A stretch of DNA of 64,000 bases from a virus (Duplodnaviria > Heunggongvirae > Uroviricota > Caudoviricetes), in IMG/VR virus record IMGVR_UViG_3300050011_000047, positions 14,132-78,131 of that record. The stretch is one strand, 5' to 3'. Below, piece by piece: positions 9,076 through 19,033 of this stretch. The notes below the pieces were generated by a model. That model had not been told where the DNA came from. It saw only the letters and a program-made list of their open reading frames with translations, and did not search any database. A program made the translations under genes and the position numbers. Numbering within the stretch: position 1 is the stretch's first letter; the number at the start of each line of letters is the position of its first letter.

Positions 9076-9108
9076 GGGGTTGCGTTCGGCAGCGCCCGGC
9101 CCGATAAT

Positions 9109-9315
9109 GTGGGCATGCAAGCATACGGAATCTTCGAGCACCATCGCGAGCGCACGCCGACCGGCGGCGGGCTCGTCGCGCGGGCCGTGTACGACGACGG
9201 CTCGGCGCACGATCAGTTCAACTATGGCGGGCTCGTGCCGATCAAGGTCTACAAGACTGAACGCGGCGCAGACGCCTACGTGGATCGCAAGTACCGGGAG
9301 CGTGTAGGCTCCTAA
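9109..9315 (+). CDS. hypothetical protein
   Basis: GTG 9109 or ATG 9115. 66-68 aa. Confidence 0.3.
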   Translation: MGMQAYGIFEHHRERTPTGGGLVARAVYDDGSAHDQFNYGGLVPIKVYKTERGADAYVDRKYRERVGS

Positions 9316-9386
9316 TCGTTCGCAGCGTCCGCTACGGCGGGCCGACTGCCACGGAAGTGCCGACGGCCCTACGGGGCCGTTCGCGT

Positions 9387-9416
9387 GTCAAGTTTTTGGC
9401 ACAAAAACTTGTCAAG
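9387..9416. promoter_or_regulatory. perfect 10-3-10 inverted repeat CAAGTTTTTG-GCA-CAAAAACTTG (operator-like site, family member a)
   Basis: Read directly. No U-tract follows on either strand, so an intrinsic terminator is unlikely. Related sites at 31445, 59506, 60281 and 60725-60770. Confidence 0.45.
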
Positions 9417-9582
9417 CACGCGGGCGACCGACTGGCCGCATCTCGACTCCGGCGGCGCGCAGGTGACGGAGCACCGTCCCGCGCGAGCAGCGCAGGTACT
9501 TGGCCGTCTTCCGCGTGCTGCCGTGGATCGCATACCACTTCACGACGAGCGCGGTGTCCTTCGGCTTGAGTGTGCGGGCCAT
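9412..9582 (-). CDS. small helix-turn-helix DNA-binding protein (56 aa), antisense within the structural operon
   Basis: Reverse-complement translation: MARTLKPKDTALVVKWYAIHGSTRKTAKYLRCSRGTVLRHLRAAGVEMRPVGRPRA. HTH at TRKTAKYLRCSRGTVLRHL. Its stop codon lies inside the palindrome at 9387-9416. Below the ORF-track cutoff. Confidence 0.4.
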   Translation of the reverse strand: MARTLKPKDTALVVKWYAIHGSTRKTAKYLRCSRGTVLRHLRAAGVEMRPVGRPRA

Positions 9583-9597
9583 CTCGCAATGGTACCA

Positions 9598-9612
9598 CTT
9601 TGATAGAATGCT
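9598..9612 (+). promoter_or_regulatory. extended -10 promoter TTTGATAGAAT upstream of gene 9640
   Basis: TGATAGAAT (TGn plus TAGAAT) lies about 30 nt before ATG 9640, with GGAGGGG in between. An identical TGATAGAAT occurs at 63340-63348. Confidence 0.3.
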
Positions 9613-9639
9613 GCGCGGAGGGGTACAGTCCTGATTGCG

Positions 9640-10086
9640 ATGGCATCCCCTTACGAGTATCCGGTCTACTTCGACTCCGACGCGGTTGCGGACGCGGGTT
9701 CGCCCGATCCGGGCACCGCTCTCCTGTTCCCGCCGCTTGCGGGCATCGCGGCGTACGACGTGTCGAGTCCTGACCTCTCGCGTGCAGCGTCGGCCATCTA
9801 CTTCAACGATGTCTCCCGCTGGCCCGCAACTGACGCGGGTACCGCGATTGCGCTTGCGACGACGATGGTGGACTCACCCGACGGCGCGGCGCTCGCCAAC
9901 TGGCTTGCTTCTGAGCACGGTCTTCTCCCCGGCATCCCGGTCGCAGTTCCGACCGGCCCGGATCAGGTGACCGACGACGAAGGTGAAGGGCGCACGGACA
10001 ACGAGGGCACGATCCCGTATGTCAATCCGGCGAACACGTCGAACCCGGATGCGATCTACGCTCTCAACTGGCTTCTGGACAACTAG
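9640..10086 (+). CDS. hypothetical (probable virion) protein
   Basis: 148-aa ORF between the neck genes and the major tail protein. Confidence 0.4.
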   Translation: MASPYEYPVYFDSDAVADAGSPDPGTALLFPPLAGIAAYDVSSPDLSRAASAIYFNDVSRWPATDAGTAIALATTMVDSPDGAALANWLASEHGLLPGIPVAVPTGPDQVTDDEGEGRTDNEGTIPYVNPANTSNPDAIYALNWLLDN

Positions 10087-10089
10087 GTC

Positions 10090-10674
10090 ATGGCAAACAC
10101 TCAGCCTTACGAGATTCTCGCAGGGCCGCTCTCGGTCTACTTCGCGCCGACGGAGACTCCGTTCCCGGCGATCACGGACACGGACGAGACGATCACGGAC
10201 GGCGGCACTTGGACGCCCATCGGATTCACGGAGGGCGGCATCAAGGTGGCGCACCCGCAGACGGTTGTCGAACTCCGCGCCGATCAGGTGACCGGCGTCA
10301 TCAAGGCCGTGCGCTCCGAGGAGGGTCTCGAAATCACGTTCGACATCGCCTCCTTGACTTTGGAGAATTACGCGCTCGCGCTGAATCAGGCGATCACCGG
10401 CCCCGGCACGGGTGCAGGCAAGAAGTACGTCAAGTTGTATAGGGGTGGATTTCAGGTTGAAACTTTCAGTCTCCTGTGTCGTCAGGGCCATCTTTCACCC
10501 TACGGTGATAAGCCCCTGAGTTTCGAGGTTCCGGTTGTCTTCGAGGCAGGCTCGCCGGAAGATACCCATTCGAAAGACAATAAAGCAGTGCTGGCCGTGT
10601 CACTTCACGCGATGGTTGACCCCAACCGGGCCGACGATTCTGAGTCCTTCGGTCGAGTCAACGCAGGCGACTGA
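10090..10674 (+). CDS. major tail protein
   Basis: 194 aa, directly upstream of the tail assembly chaperone/tape measure genes. The 3' portion (from ~10435) has markedly lower GC. Confidence 0.5.
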   Translation: MANTQPYEILAGPLSVYFAPTETPFPAITDTDETITDGGTWTPIGFTEGGIKVAHPQTVVELRADQVTGVIKAVRSEEGLEITFDIASLTLENYALALNQAITGPGTGAGKKYVKLYRGGFQVETFSLLCRQGHLSPYGDKPLSFEVPVVFEAGSPEDTHSKDNKAVLAVSLHAMVDPNRADDSESFGRVNAGD

Positions 10675-10740
10675 CTAACCCCTTAGCGCCACGCGGCGCA
10701 CACGACGGAGGCACAGCCATTTTGGCACAGCCCGATGAGA

Positions 10741-11202
10741 CTACTTACCACGCATACGACGAGCATTGTGACGCCAACGGCAGTTGTCACACCCTTCGGT
10801 TATGTAGTCGAGTGGCCCACCGCATCCGACGCACTCCGTCTTCAACGGCCCGACGACCGCTATGGATCGCACGGATTCCGCTTGCTCCTTCTTCACATCC
10901 GAAAGGTATGGCCACAGGATGCGGAGCACCTTCTCACCTTCCTCACGGTATGCATGAAACACGTAGTGCGGCTTGGTGCCCGGTGTCTTTCCGCTCGTGT
11001 GCGAGATGTACGGCCCGTATGGCCCGCCGACCTTGCCAGCGCCAACGGCAGCACAAAACCGGTCAAGCACGCGCCGATCAATCTGTCCGACCTGTACTCG
11101 CAAGTATGGGCGAGTGTGTTTTCCATCAACGGTCATTGCACCCGTGTGCCCCTCCCCATCGAAGAAGCCTGCGGCCCACGCGATTTCTGTTTTGTTCTCC
11201 AT
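10741..11202 (-). CDS. LAGLIDADG-family homing endonuclease (paralogue 1)
   Basis: MENKTEIAWAAGFFDGEGHTGAM... Low-GC island inserted between the major tail protein and chaperone genes. Paralogous to the genes at 35409-35819 and 49171-49518. Confidence 0.6.
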   Translation of the reverse strand: MENKTEIAWAAGFFDGEGHTGAMTVDGKHTRPYLRVQVGQIDRRVLDRFCAAVGAGKVGGPYGPYISHTSGKTPGTKPHYVFHAYREEGEKVLRILWPYLSDVKKEQAESVRSIAVVGPLKTECVGCGGPLDYITEGCDNCRWRHNARRMRGK

Positions 11203-11387
11203 AACAAGGAAGTCTAGCAGATGGAACCCGATCACATCGACGTTGACTTCTCCCCCACCCGCAGGCTCGTGAAGCGAGCGATCCGCGACTTGGAGGATGC
11301 CAACAAGGAACTCGCGCGGCTCGAAGAACGGTGCCTCGCGCTCGAAGCACGTCTCCTAGCCGAATACGGAATCGAAAGGAAGATCAC

Positions 11388-11765
11388 ATGACCGAGGAGT
11401 TCGCACTCAGTTTCACCACCGCACTCAAGCCGACCCGCAAGTTTCAGGTCGATGGCAACGTCTACGAGATTCTCGGCTTCGAGCATCTCACGCCCGAGCA
11501 GGAGGCCGAGGTCATCGCGCAGTTCGCGCGGTTCGGTGTCTTGCAGGCCGAGTTGGAGATGACGGCCAAGACCGCTCGCGGCGCAGTGCTAGCAGCGCAG
11601 GTGCGCGAGGTTCGCCTCTCGATCCTTACCCGGCTCACCACGATGCCGAAGGAAGTCGCGGCGTCTCTGCATCTCGTGCAGCAGGTCAAGTTGTTCGAGG
11701 CCGTAGACGCGGAGCCCGATGACGACGACGACGACGCGAGTGGCACCGAGCCCGCCACGAGTTAA
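11388..11765 (+). CDS. tail assembly chaperone (G-like)
   Basis: ATG 11388 after GAAAGGAAG. Acidic C-terminus DAEPDDDDDDASG. Located directly upstream of the tape measure gene. Confidence 0.5.
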   Translation: MTEEFALSFTTALKPTRKFQVDGNVYEILGFEHLTPEQEAEVIAQFARFGVLQAELEMTAKTARGAVLAAQVREVRLSILTRLTTMPKEVAASLHLVQQVKLFEAVDAEPDDDDDDASGTEPATS

Positions 11766-12108
11766 GGTCGAGGACTGGCCTCGGCTCACGCGGTTCTACG
11801 GCATCTCCCCGGCGGAGTTGCTTCGCACCCCGCACGCCATCCTCGAAGTCTACGCGGCGCAACTCATGGAGTTGCAGGCGGAGGAGACGCTCATGGCGAT
11901 GGTCGTGTCCGATATGCCGTACATGTCTGACTCCGACCGGAAGAAGGCTCGTCGCCCACTCGCACGTGTGGTGGGCGGCGGCGAGCAGGTGCAGAAGATC
12001 GACCACACGACCGAAGGCGGCAGGGCAACGGCAGCGCAACTCGGGATCGGCGTCCGGGGCGCGATAGAGTCAACAGAAGAATCCGATCCACGAAAGGAAC
12101 TCAAGTAG
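11388..12108 (+). CDS. putative G-T tail assembly chaperone fusion via programmed +1 frameshift near the G stop (AGU UAA G) or within the GAC repeats
   Basis: ORF 11719-12108 is in the +1 frame, overlaps G by 47 nt and ends 2 nt before the tape measure start. Confidence 0.3.
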
Positions 12109-12109
12109 C

Positions 12110-14353
12110 ATGGGCACCGGCACTCTAGGCGCAGCAGTTTACGAACTCGTCTTCGACACCCGTCAGGTGGCGAAGATGACGACTGCCGAGGGCAAGGTCG
12201 TAGCGGCGACCGACGGCATGGAGGCGGCGACCCTCAAGGCCGACGAGTCCGTGATGAAACTGGCATCGGACACGGGGCTCGCTGCCGGGCGCATCTCCGC
12301 ATCGTACAAAGAGGCAGCCGCAGGCGCGGCGCAGGGCGCGGATGAGATTTCGGCAGCGGCAGCGAAGGGTGCGGCTGCGACCTCAGCGGGCGCGGCGAAG
12401 TCCGAGAGCGCGCTCATGCGCTTCGGGAAGATCGGCGGCGGCATGGGGCAGATGCTCGGGCTCGGTGCGGCGTACTTCGCCATCAAGGGCGGGTTCGGGT
12501 GGATGGAGTCGGCGCAGTCCGGGATGCTCGCAGTCAATCAGACGCTCAAGGCCACCGGCAACGTCGCAGGTGTCACGCGCAAGGACGTATCGAGCCTCTC
12601 GGATACGTTCACGAAGTGGACGGGCGACTCTCGCGGGACGAACCTGCAACTCTTGCAGTTGCTCCTTACGTTCAAGAACCTCCGCAACGTCGGCGCAGGT
12701 AACCTCGCCATCTTCGACCGCTCGGCCAAGTTGGTCGAGGACATCGCAGTCGGCACCCATCGCTCGACGCGCATGATCGCACTCGCGATGGGCAAGGTCA
12801 TGAACGACCCGGCGAACAACCTACAGTCCCTCGGACGCGCGGGTATCCGCTTCAACAAGGTGCAGCAACAGATGGTCAAAGACATTCAGGCCGGGAACAA
12901 GGCGTTCCAGGGGCAGAAGGGTCTTGTCGGCGCGCAGTTGTACGTGTTCTCGCAGTTGTCCGCGTGGACAGGCAAGGCGGCGGCGCAGACGAACTCGCTC
13001 TCGACGCGCCTACACGTGGCGAAGGATGCCATCGACGCGGCCTCCGCGAAGATCATTCAGGCACTCCTCCCGGCGTTCGTCTCGTTGACGCACATCATCG
13101 GCACAGTGGCAGAGTTCCTCGCGCGCCACACGACGGCGCTCAAGCGTCTCGTCGTTGCATTCATCGCGGCGAAGACGGCAGCGTTCGCGTTCAACCGCGT
13201 GATGACGCTCATGAAGTTGGGCTCGTGGGCCGCAGGTATGATGGGGCTCACGACTGCAACGGAGGCAGAGGCGGGCGCTGCTAGTGCAGCGGCTACATCT
13301 ACCGGCGCGTTCTCGGCGGCGGCGCTCGCGGGACTCGCACCTATCGCGGCAATCGCGCTCGCGGTGGGCGGGCTCATCCTCGAATGGCAGTCGTTGACCA
13401 AGGCGCAGAATGAAGCGGTGGCTGCGTGGAACAAGGTCGGTACCCCTCAGCGGAACGCCAACGCCTTCTACGCGCAGCGTGTGGCCGTGTACGAGAAGCA
13501 GGGCATGTCCCCCGCCGACGCGAAGAAGAAGGCGGCAGCCGAGACGCTCAAGGTTACCGGGCTCCCCGGCGGCAAGGCGGGTATCGCGGCAGCACAGGCG
13601 GAGACGCAAAAGTACGGCAAGCCGGGCACCGTGCCGGAAGGCGCGGCGAAGTTCGGCAAGGGCGGCGGCATCCTTCCGCTCGCGATGCAGATTCAACTCG
13701 CCATCTCTCAGCGGATGGGTGCGAAGGTGCAGATTGCACAACTCAAGAAGGAGCAGACGTACCTCTACGACTTGCTCAAGAAGACCAAAGACCCGAACAA
13801 GGTGCTCGCGATTCAGCAGGAACTCACGTCCATTTGGTCGAACATGACCGGCTTGCAAACAAGCCTGACCAACAAGGCCAACAAGAACAAATACTCGGGC
13901 GTAGTGCCTATCGCGATGGCATTGGCGTATCAGAAGGCACTGCGCACGAAGGGACTTGCAGACGACATCAAGGTGCTCAAGGAGGAGGAGGGCTACTTCG
14001 CTGCGCTCGTGAAGCAGCACAAGGGATCGGCTGCGAAGCAGTTGGCATACTCGACCGAACTCACACGGGTACAGACGAAGTTGCAGGCCGACCTCAAGAA
14101 GCAGGCGGCTGCTCGCGCGGCGGCGAAGCACAACTTCGACATTCAGATGCAGGCGTTCGTTGATACGCGCGGCTCCTTCTTCTCGCAGTTCGCATCCTCG
14201 ATTTTCCAGGCAGGGCCGGGCGGGCTCACGATGGGCGCGACGCCGGGCGGCGGCGACAAGACGGTCAATCAGCACAACACGTTTAACGAGATTCCGAAGG
14301 ATCGGTACAAACTCTCCCGTAACATGCAGGCGCAGATGGCGCACTCGATGTAA
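12110..14353 (+). CDS. tape measure protein
   Basis: 747 aa, Ala/Gly/Gln-rich with hydrophobic segments. In the canonical position after the chaperones. Confidence 0.75.
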   Translation: MGTGTLGAAVYELVFDTRQVAKMTTAEGKVVAATDGMEAATLKADESVMKLASDTGLAAGRISASYKEAAAGAAQGADEISAAAAKGAAATSAGAAKSESALMRFGKIGGGMGQMLGLGAAYFAIKGGFGWMESAQSGMLAVNQTLKATGNVAGVTRKDVSSLSDTFTKWTGDSRGTNLQLLQLLLTFKNLRNVGAGNLAIFDRSAKLVEDIAVGTHRSTRMIALAMGKVMNDPANNLQSLGRAGIRFNKVQQQMVKDIQAGNKAFQGQKGLVGAQLYVFSQLSAWTGKAAAQTNSLSTRLHVAKDAIDAASAKIIQALLPAFVSLTHIIGTVAEFLARHTTALKRLVVAFIAAKTAAFAFNRVMTLMKLGSWAAGMMGLTTATEAEAGAASAAATSTGAFSAAALAGLAPIAAIALAVGGLILEWQSLTKAQNEAVAAWNKVGTPQRNANAFYAQRVAVYEKQGMSPADAKKKAAAETLKVTGLPGGKAGIAAAQAETQKYGKPGTVPEGAAKFGKGGGILPLAMQIQLAISQRMGAKVQIAQLKKEQTYLYDLLKKTKDPNKVLAIQQELTSIWSNMTGLQTSLTNKANKNKYSGVVPIAMALAYQKALRTKGLADDIKVLKEEEGYFAALVKQHKGSAAKQLAYSTELTRVQTKLQADLKKQAAARAAAKHNFDIQMQAFVDTRGSFFSQFASSIFQAGPGGLTMGATPGGGDKTVNQHNTFNEIPKDRYKLSRNMQAQMAHSM

Positions 14354-14355
14354 GT

Positions 14356-15297
14356 ATGGACTCAGGAATCCCTCATAGCCTTCTGACCTCCCTCGGGGAG
14401 ATTGTCTTCAACGACCTGACCGGCGACGCGACGGTAACGGCATCGGGGCTCTCCGATGTAGCAACCGGCTCGGTGTGGCCCGGCCCCGGTGTTGTGCCTG
14501 CGTCGATCAATGCAGAGTTCAATGCAGTCGGACTCCCGCCGGGCAACGGATACCTCATGCAGTTCGTCGGCGGCACACACGGTGCTCCTGTGCGTGCGAC
14601 GATTGATAACCGACCCCATAAGCCGGGCGGCATCGCACACAAGTTCTTCTCGGGGCCGAAGTACATGACGCTCACGGGCCACATCATCGGAGACACCCTC
14701 GAAATCCGGCAGGTGCTCTATGACTACCTCGCGATGCACTTGTACGCAGCACAGAATGCAGACTCACGCCACTTCTTCAAGCCGAACGGTGCGAACTCCC
14801 CGACGCGCTTCCACACTGTCAAGTGCTACGACCTCGGTGACATCATCGGGCCGTCTACCGCTCAGGGCACATCACCCGCAGGCATCGCCGGGCCGAAACT
14901 GTTTGACTTTGAGTTCGTTGCAGTCAACCCGTTCTCATACACATACACCGAGCGCGACACGCCGATCATCGGCACCGCGTCTGCGCACGTGGACAACGAC
15001 GGCACCGTGGAGACGTGGCCCGTCATCGAATGCTACGCAGGCGGCAGTGCGATGACCTTCTTCGAGATTGGCAATGGCACCTTCCAGGTGATTTGGACGG
15101 GCAACTGCCCGGCGGGCCATTACATCGAGGTCAACATGTTCGAGGAGACGATGTTCCAAGACCGTAACGGTTCAAACAAGATCGGCGGCTTGGACGACCA
15201 ATCCGACTTTTGGAGCATCCCACCGCAGGGCGGCGCACTCATTAACTCGAACGGCCCGGATAACATCCTCATCAAGTCCAACGACGCTTGGATTTAG
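14356..15297 (+). CDS. minor tail protein (distal tail protein-like)
   Basis: 313 aa, directly after the tape measure gene. Confidence 0.45.
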   Translation: MDSGIPHSLLTSLGEIVFNDLTGDATVTASGLSDVATGSVWPGPGVVPASINAEFNAVGLPPGNGYLMQFVGGTHGAPVRATIDNRPHKPGGIAHKFFSGPKYMTLTGHIIGDTLEIRQVLYDYLAMHLYAAQNADSRHFFKPNGANSPTRFHTVKCYDLGDIIGPSTAQGTSPAGIAGPKLFDFEFVAVNPFSYTYTERDTPIIGTASAHVDNDGTVETWPVIECYAGGSAMTFFEIGNGTFQVIWTGNCPAGHYIEVNMFEETMFQDRNGSNKIGGLDDQSDFWSIPPQGGALINSNGPDNILIKSNDAWI

Positions 15298-15300
15298 CGC

Positions 15301-16482
15301 GTGAGCCTGTACGCGCCCGTAGATTGGCGGTTCGTAATCCTAGCCCCTGTGGGCGTCGCACGCGCGTGGAAGAAGATCGCGATACTGACGCACGTCGCGC
15401 AGGATGTCGAGTTGCTCTACCAACTCAACCGCTCGACCATGCTCACGTTCTCCGTGCCGTCGGACAACCCGCTCGTCAACATCCTGCACACGGATGGACT
15501 GCCGTTCCTCTCCGTCGGCCCGCGCTGGATTCTCGGGTGGCGTAAGGCCCCGGCCACACTTGAACCGACTCCGGGGCAGTGGGTGTTGCAGTACGCCGGG
15601 CGCGTGTGGACGTTGCAGGACACGGGCGACGGCGACAACTGCCGCACGATGGTCACGTGCTTCGACACGCTCAAGCACTTGGAGAAGCGGATCGTTCGCG
15701 CTGCCGACGGCACGTTCCGTAAGCAGGTCGCATGGTGGGCGACTCCGGGCTCGACCGTGGTCAAGAACATGATCGACCGCACGCAGTCGTTCGTCGGCAC
15801 GTGCCGTATCGACACGGGCGGGCATTGGGTTGACTCGGCGCTCATGGGCGCGATCAAGGTGGATCAGGCGATGGTCATGCCTACGCTCCTGCGCGTCACA
15901 GACACCGGCACGTTCGACCTCGATCCCGCACCCCTCGACGGCTCCGATGGTAACTTCATGCTGCTCGGCGGACGCCCGCGCCTCGGTGGCGACAAGCCCA
16001 ACGTCGTGATCGGGTACGCAGCGCCTCCGCGTCGCGCCGTCGGCTACGACCGCACGCAGTCGCTCGACAACCTCACGAACTCGGTGGACTTCTTCGGCAA
16101 GTCGAGTAAGGGGCGGCACGTGCACTCCGAAGACCTCGACTCGCAGGCGACCTTCGACGTCTTCGAGGATGTGTCCGTTATCCCGGACGTGCAGACGGAC
16201 GAACTCTTGCAGTTGCTCGCGGACGAGGAGGTCTTCCTTCGCAAGAGTCCGAACGACCTCATCTCGATCATCCCGACGCCGGAGGATTCGCCGCGCTTCT
16301 TCAACGAGTATTTCATCGGGGACACGATCAAGTTGAGCGCAGCGGTCAACCCGCTCCCCGTGACGCGGCAGGCGATCAACGGATTGCAGCGCGTCTACGG
16401 CGTGCGCCTCAAGGTGGACAACGAGTACGGTGAGGCGGTCACTGAGATGATCGCGAGCGCGAACGCGGAGTCTGCACTGTAA
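15301..16482 (+). CDS. minor tail protein (tip/Tal-like)
   Basis: 393 aa, follows the Dit-like gene. Confidence 0.4.
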   Translation: MSLYAPVDWRFVILAPVGVARAWKKIAILTHVAQDVELLYQLNRSTMLTFSVPSDNPLVNILHTDGLPFLSVGPRWILGWRKAPATLEPTPGQWVLQYAGRVWTLQDTGDGDNCRTMVTCFDTLKHLEKRIVRAADGTFRKQVAWWATPGSTVVKNMIDRTQSFVGTCRIDTGGHWVDSALMGAIKVDQAMVMPTLLRVTDTGTFDLDPAPLDGSDGNFMLLGGRPRLGGDKPNVVIGYAAPPRRAVGYDRTQSLDNLTNSVDFFGKSSKGRHVHSEDLDSQATFDVFEDVSVIPDVQTDELLQLLADEEVFLRKSPNDLISIIPTPEDSPRFFNEYFIGDTIKLSAAVNPLPVTRQAINGLQRVYGVRLKVDNEYGEAVTEMIASANAESAL

Positions 16483-19016
16483 TGGCGAAGCATCTCAAGC
16501 GCGAGACAGTACACACCCAACTCGGGGAAGGCGCGAAGGCGCAGAAGCGGCTTGAGCACCGTATCGACGGCGATTGGATTTACGTCGGCACGTACCCCAC
16601 CGATCCGAATACGAACCCGGACTCGCCTCCGTTCGAGAACGGGTGGAAGAACACGGACTCCGGCGTGCTGCCGATGCGCTTCCGTTGGCTGCTCTCCGGC
16701 GACATTGATATTGAATGGGACGTGACGAACGACATCCTGACCGGCGGTGCGGAGATTGGCACCGTGGTCTTCACGTTGCCCGTCGGCTACCGGCCCGACT
16801 TCGTGACCCCGCTCGTCGGCTCCTCGACGCTGCTCCTCATCCAACTTCTCGTCGCGCACCCGGACGGTACGGTCACGTTCGGTGGCGGCGGTTCGACCGG
16901 CCCCACAGGTGTCCCCGGTGCGACCGGCGGCACGGGGCCTCCGGGTACGACCGGCCCGAGCGGCGGAACAGGTGGGACGGGCGGTACCGGCGGAGTAGGC
17001 GCGAGCGGCACGAGCGGCGCGAGCGGGGCAGCCGGAGAGACGGGTGCGACCGGCCCCGCAGGAGGCCCCACAGGGCCGACCGGGCCTACTGGCCCCGCAG
17101 GAGGCCCGACTGGCCCCTCAGGGCCTACCGGCCCCACAGGGCCGACCGGCGCGACGGGCGGCTTGGGCTCGACCAACATCATCTTCAACGAGGTTCCCGC
17201 AGGCACCATCGACGGCTCGAACGACACGTTCACGTTGGCGAACGCTCCCGATCCTGCCGGACATCTCGCGCTCTACAAGAACGGGCTCCTCATGCAGCCC
17301 GGCGGTGTTGACTACACACTCACTAGCGATACCATCGTGTTCGCGACGGCGCAGATTCCGCTGACCGGAGAAGTGCTCGAAGCGATCTATCAGTACGGTG
17401 CAGGCCCCGCAGGTGCTACCGGCCCCGTAGGCGCAACTGGCGCGGGCGGAACTGGCACGACCGGCGGCACAGGTGGAACCGGAGGCACGGGCGGTGTTGG
17501 TGCAACCGGCGCGAGCGGTACCTTCGACTACTACACTGCCAACTTCGAGGGCGAGGAAGCCGTCACGTCTACGTCGTATGCGACGTACACAGGGGCTCCA
17601 TCACTGACCGGACTTGACGACGGCGATTGGTTCGTCATTTGGGGATGCGGCGGTAAAGGTGACGACAACGCGAACGGATCGGAACTCCGACTCGCGGTGC
17701 AAATCAACGGCGGCGGCGAGACGAACTACGTCGAGTCACAGGAGCAGTTGTACTACACCGGCATCGCGCGGCACGAGAAGGTCACACTCTCCGCAGGCGC
17801 AGGTGCCAACACTCTCGCGCTCGTTGCACTGACGACCATCGGCGGGCACACGAGCAAGGTGCGTGAGTCATGGATCGCAGCGTTCCGTGGCGGCGGCGTC
17901 GGCGGTACAGGAGGCACAGGCGGCACCGGCCCCTCAGGCGGGCCGACGGGCGCTACCGGGCCGACTGGCCCGACTGGCCCCTCGGGCGGGCCTACCGGCC
18001 CGACGGGAGCCACCGGCCCGACGGGAGCCACTGGCGCTATCGGTGTGCGCGGCGTCGGCGCGATTGACGTGCAGGTGTTTACGACTGCGACTGCGGGCGC
18101 AACTGGCGCGGGCGCGACATGGACGGCAGCAGCGGGCACGACGTGGGCCGAGGTCTTCCTCATCGGAGGCGGCGGAGGCGGTGGCGGCGGCGCAGGCGGT
18201 GCGAACGGCGGCAGCGGCAACGGCGGCGGTGGCGGCGGTGGCGGCGGCGAAGACGAGCAGATGTTTCGCATCTCCGACATCGGGACTTCGATCACGGTCA
18301 AGGTTGGCGCGGGCGGCGCATCCGGTGCGGCTCAGACGACGGCGAACACGACCGGCAACCCCGGTACAGCAGGAACCGAATCAAGTTTCGGCTCGCTCCT
18401 CAAGGCGGGCGGCGGCGGGCATGGGGCAGGTGGCGTAATCTTTGGTGCAACCGGCCAAGCACCCGCAGGTGGTGGCGGCGGCGCGGGCTTGTTGCTTACA
18501 ACGAACGATGCGACTGTATCGAGCACGGGCGGCGGCGCAGCATTCACGGACTACAAGGGCGGTAACGCAGGCACCCCCGGTGTGCACGGCGGCGGCGGCG
18601 GCGGGCTCGGGACTGACGACTCCCATGCGAGCCCCGGAGACGGCGGCGGCTCTCGGTATGGCGGCGGCGGAGGCGGCGGCGGCGGTGTGGGTACGAACAA
18701 CACGGCGGGCTCGGGCGGGGGCGGTGGCTTGGAGACGGGCGGCGGCGGCTCTAACGGCGGTATCCCTCCCCTCAACGGGACGCCTCCGGCGGGCAATGTC
18801 GGCGGCTCCGTCGGCCTACGCGGTGCGGGCGGTGGCGGTGGCGCGGGTGCTCGGCATAACGACGGCATCGCGACGGCAGGCGCGGTGGGCGGAGCCGGAG
18901 CCAACTACGGCGGCGGCGGTGGTGGCGGTGGCGGCGGCGGCGCGGGTGGCGGCGGCGGTCATGGTGGTGCGGGCGGCGCAGGTGCCGATGGCATCGTCGT
19001 GGTCGTGTCCTACTAG
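16482..19016 (+). CDS. collagen-like glycine-rich minor tail/fibre protein
   Basis: Long [26 protein letters not shown] Gly-X-Y arrays (~16900-17160, 17400-17520, 17900-18050). Poly-Gly tract [28 protein letters not shown] (~18160-18250). Gly-rich C-terminus. Confidence 0.6.
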   Translation: MAKHLKRETVHTQLGEGAKAQKRLEHRIDGDWIYVGTYPTDPNTNPDSPPFENGWKNTDSGVLPMRFRWLLSGDIDIEWDVTNDILTGGAEIGTVVFTLPVGYRPDFVTPLVGSSTLLLIQLLVAHPDGTVTFGGGGSTGPTGVPGATGGTGPPGTTGPSGGTGGTGGTGGVGASGTSGASGAAGETGATGPAGGPTGPTGPTGPAGGPTGPSGPTGPTGPTGATGGLGSTNIIFNEVPAGTIDGSNDTFTLANAPDPAGHLALYKNGLLMQPGGVDYTLTSDTIVFATAQIPLTGEVLEAIYQYGAGPAGATGPVGATGAGGTGTTGGTGGTGGTGGVGATGASGTFDYYTANFEGEEAVTSTSYATYTGAPSLTGLDDGDWFVIWGCGGKGDDNANGSELRLAVQINGGGETNYVESQEQLYYTGIARHEKVTLSAGAGANTLALVALTTIGGHTSKVRESWIAAFRGGGVGGTGGTGGTGPSGGPTGATGPTGPTGPSGGPTGPTGATGPTGATGAIGVRGVGAIDVQVFTTATAGATGAGATWTAAAGTTWAEVFLIGGGGGGGGGAGGANGGSGNGGGGGGGGGEDEQMFRISDIGTSITVKVGAGGASGAAQTTANTTGNPGTAGTESSFGSLLKAGGGGHGAGGVIFGATGQAPAGGGGGAGLLLTTNDATVSSTGGGAAFTDYKGGNAGTPGVHGGGGGGLGTDDSHASPGDGGGSRYGGGGGGGGGVGTNNTAGSGGGGGLETGGGGSNGGIPPLNGTPPAGNVGGSVGLRGAGGGGGAGARHNDGIATAGAVGGAGANYGGGGGGGGGGGAGGGGGHGGAGGAGADGIVVVVSY
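16900..17170 (+). repeat. nucleotide triplet-repeat array encoding collagen-like Gly-Pro-Thr repeats
   Basis: ggccccaca gggccgacc gggcctact ggccccgca... Periodic 9-nt units inside the fibre gene. Confidence 0.5.
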
Positions 19017-19033
19017 ATTGCTACGCTTACGCG

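Noticed and set aside
9387-9416. 10-3-10 palindrome as a rho-independent terminator
   Set aside because: No U-tract follows the stem on either strand, and the motif recurs at promoter-proximal positions, so a protein-binding site is more likely.
9332-9646. 104-aa minus-strand ORF from the track
   Set aside because: Composition is Arg/Pro-rich and junk-like. A different minus frame gives a clean 56-aa HTH protein (9412-9582), which is preferred.
13010-14344. Long antisense ORFs inside the tape measure gene (13010-14344 minus); similar ones elsewhere (1407-1967 minus, 5173-5880 minus, 17753-18301 minus, 19277-20278 minus)
   Set aside because: Arg/Pro-rich translations with no start context, typical shadow ORFs of high-GC DNA. 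The sense-strand genes have coherent domain content.
16900-18250. Short periodic nucleotide repeats as a CRISPR array
   Set aside because: Repeats are 9-nt in-frame units encoding Gly-X-Y and poly-Gly inside a large ORF, not 25-40-bp repeats with unique spacers. No cas genes.
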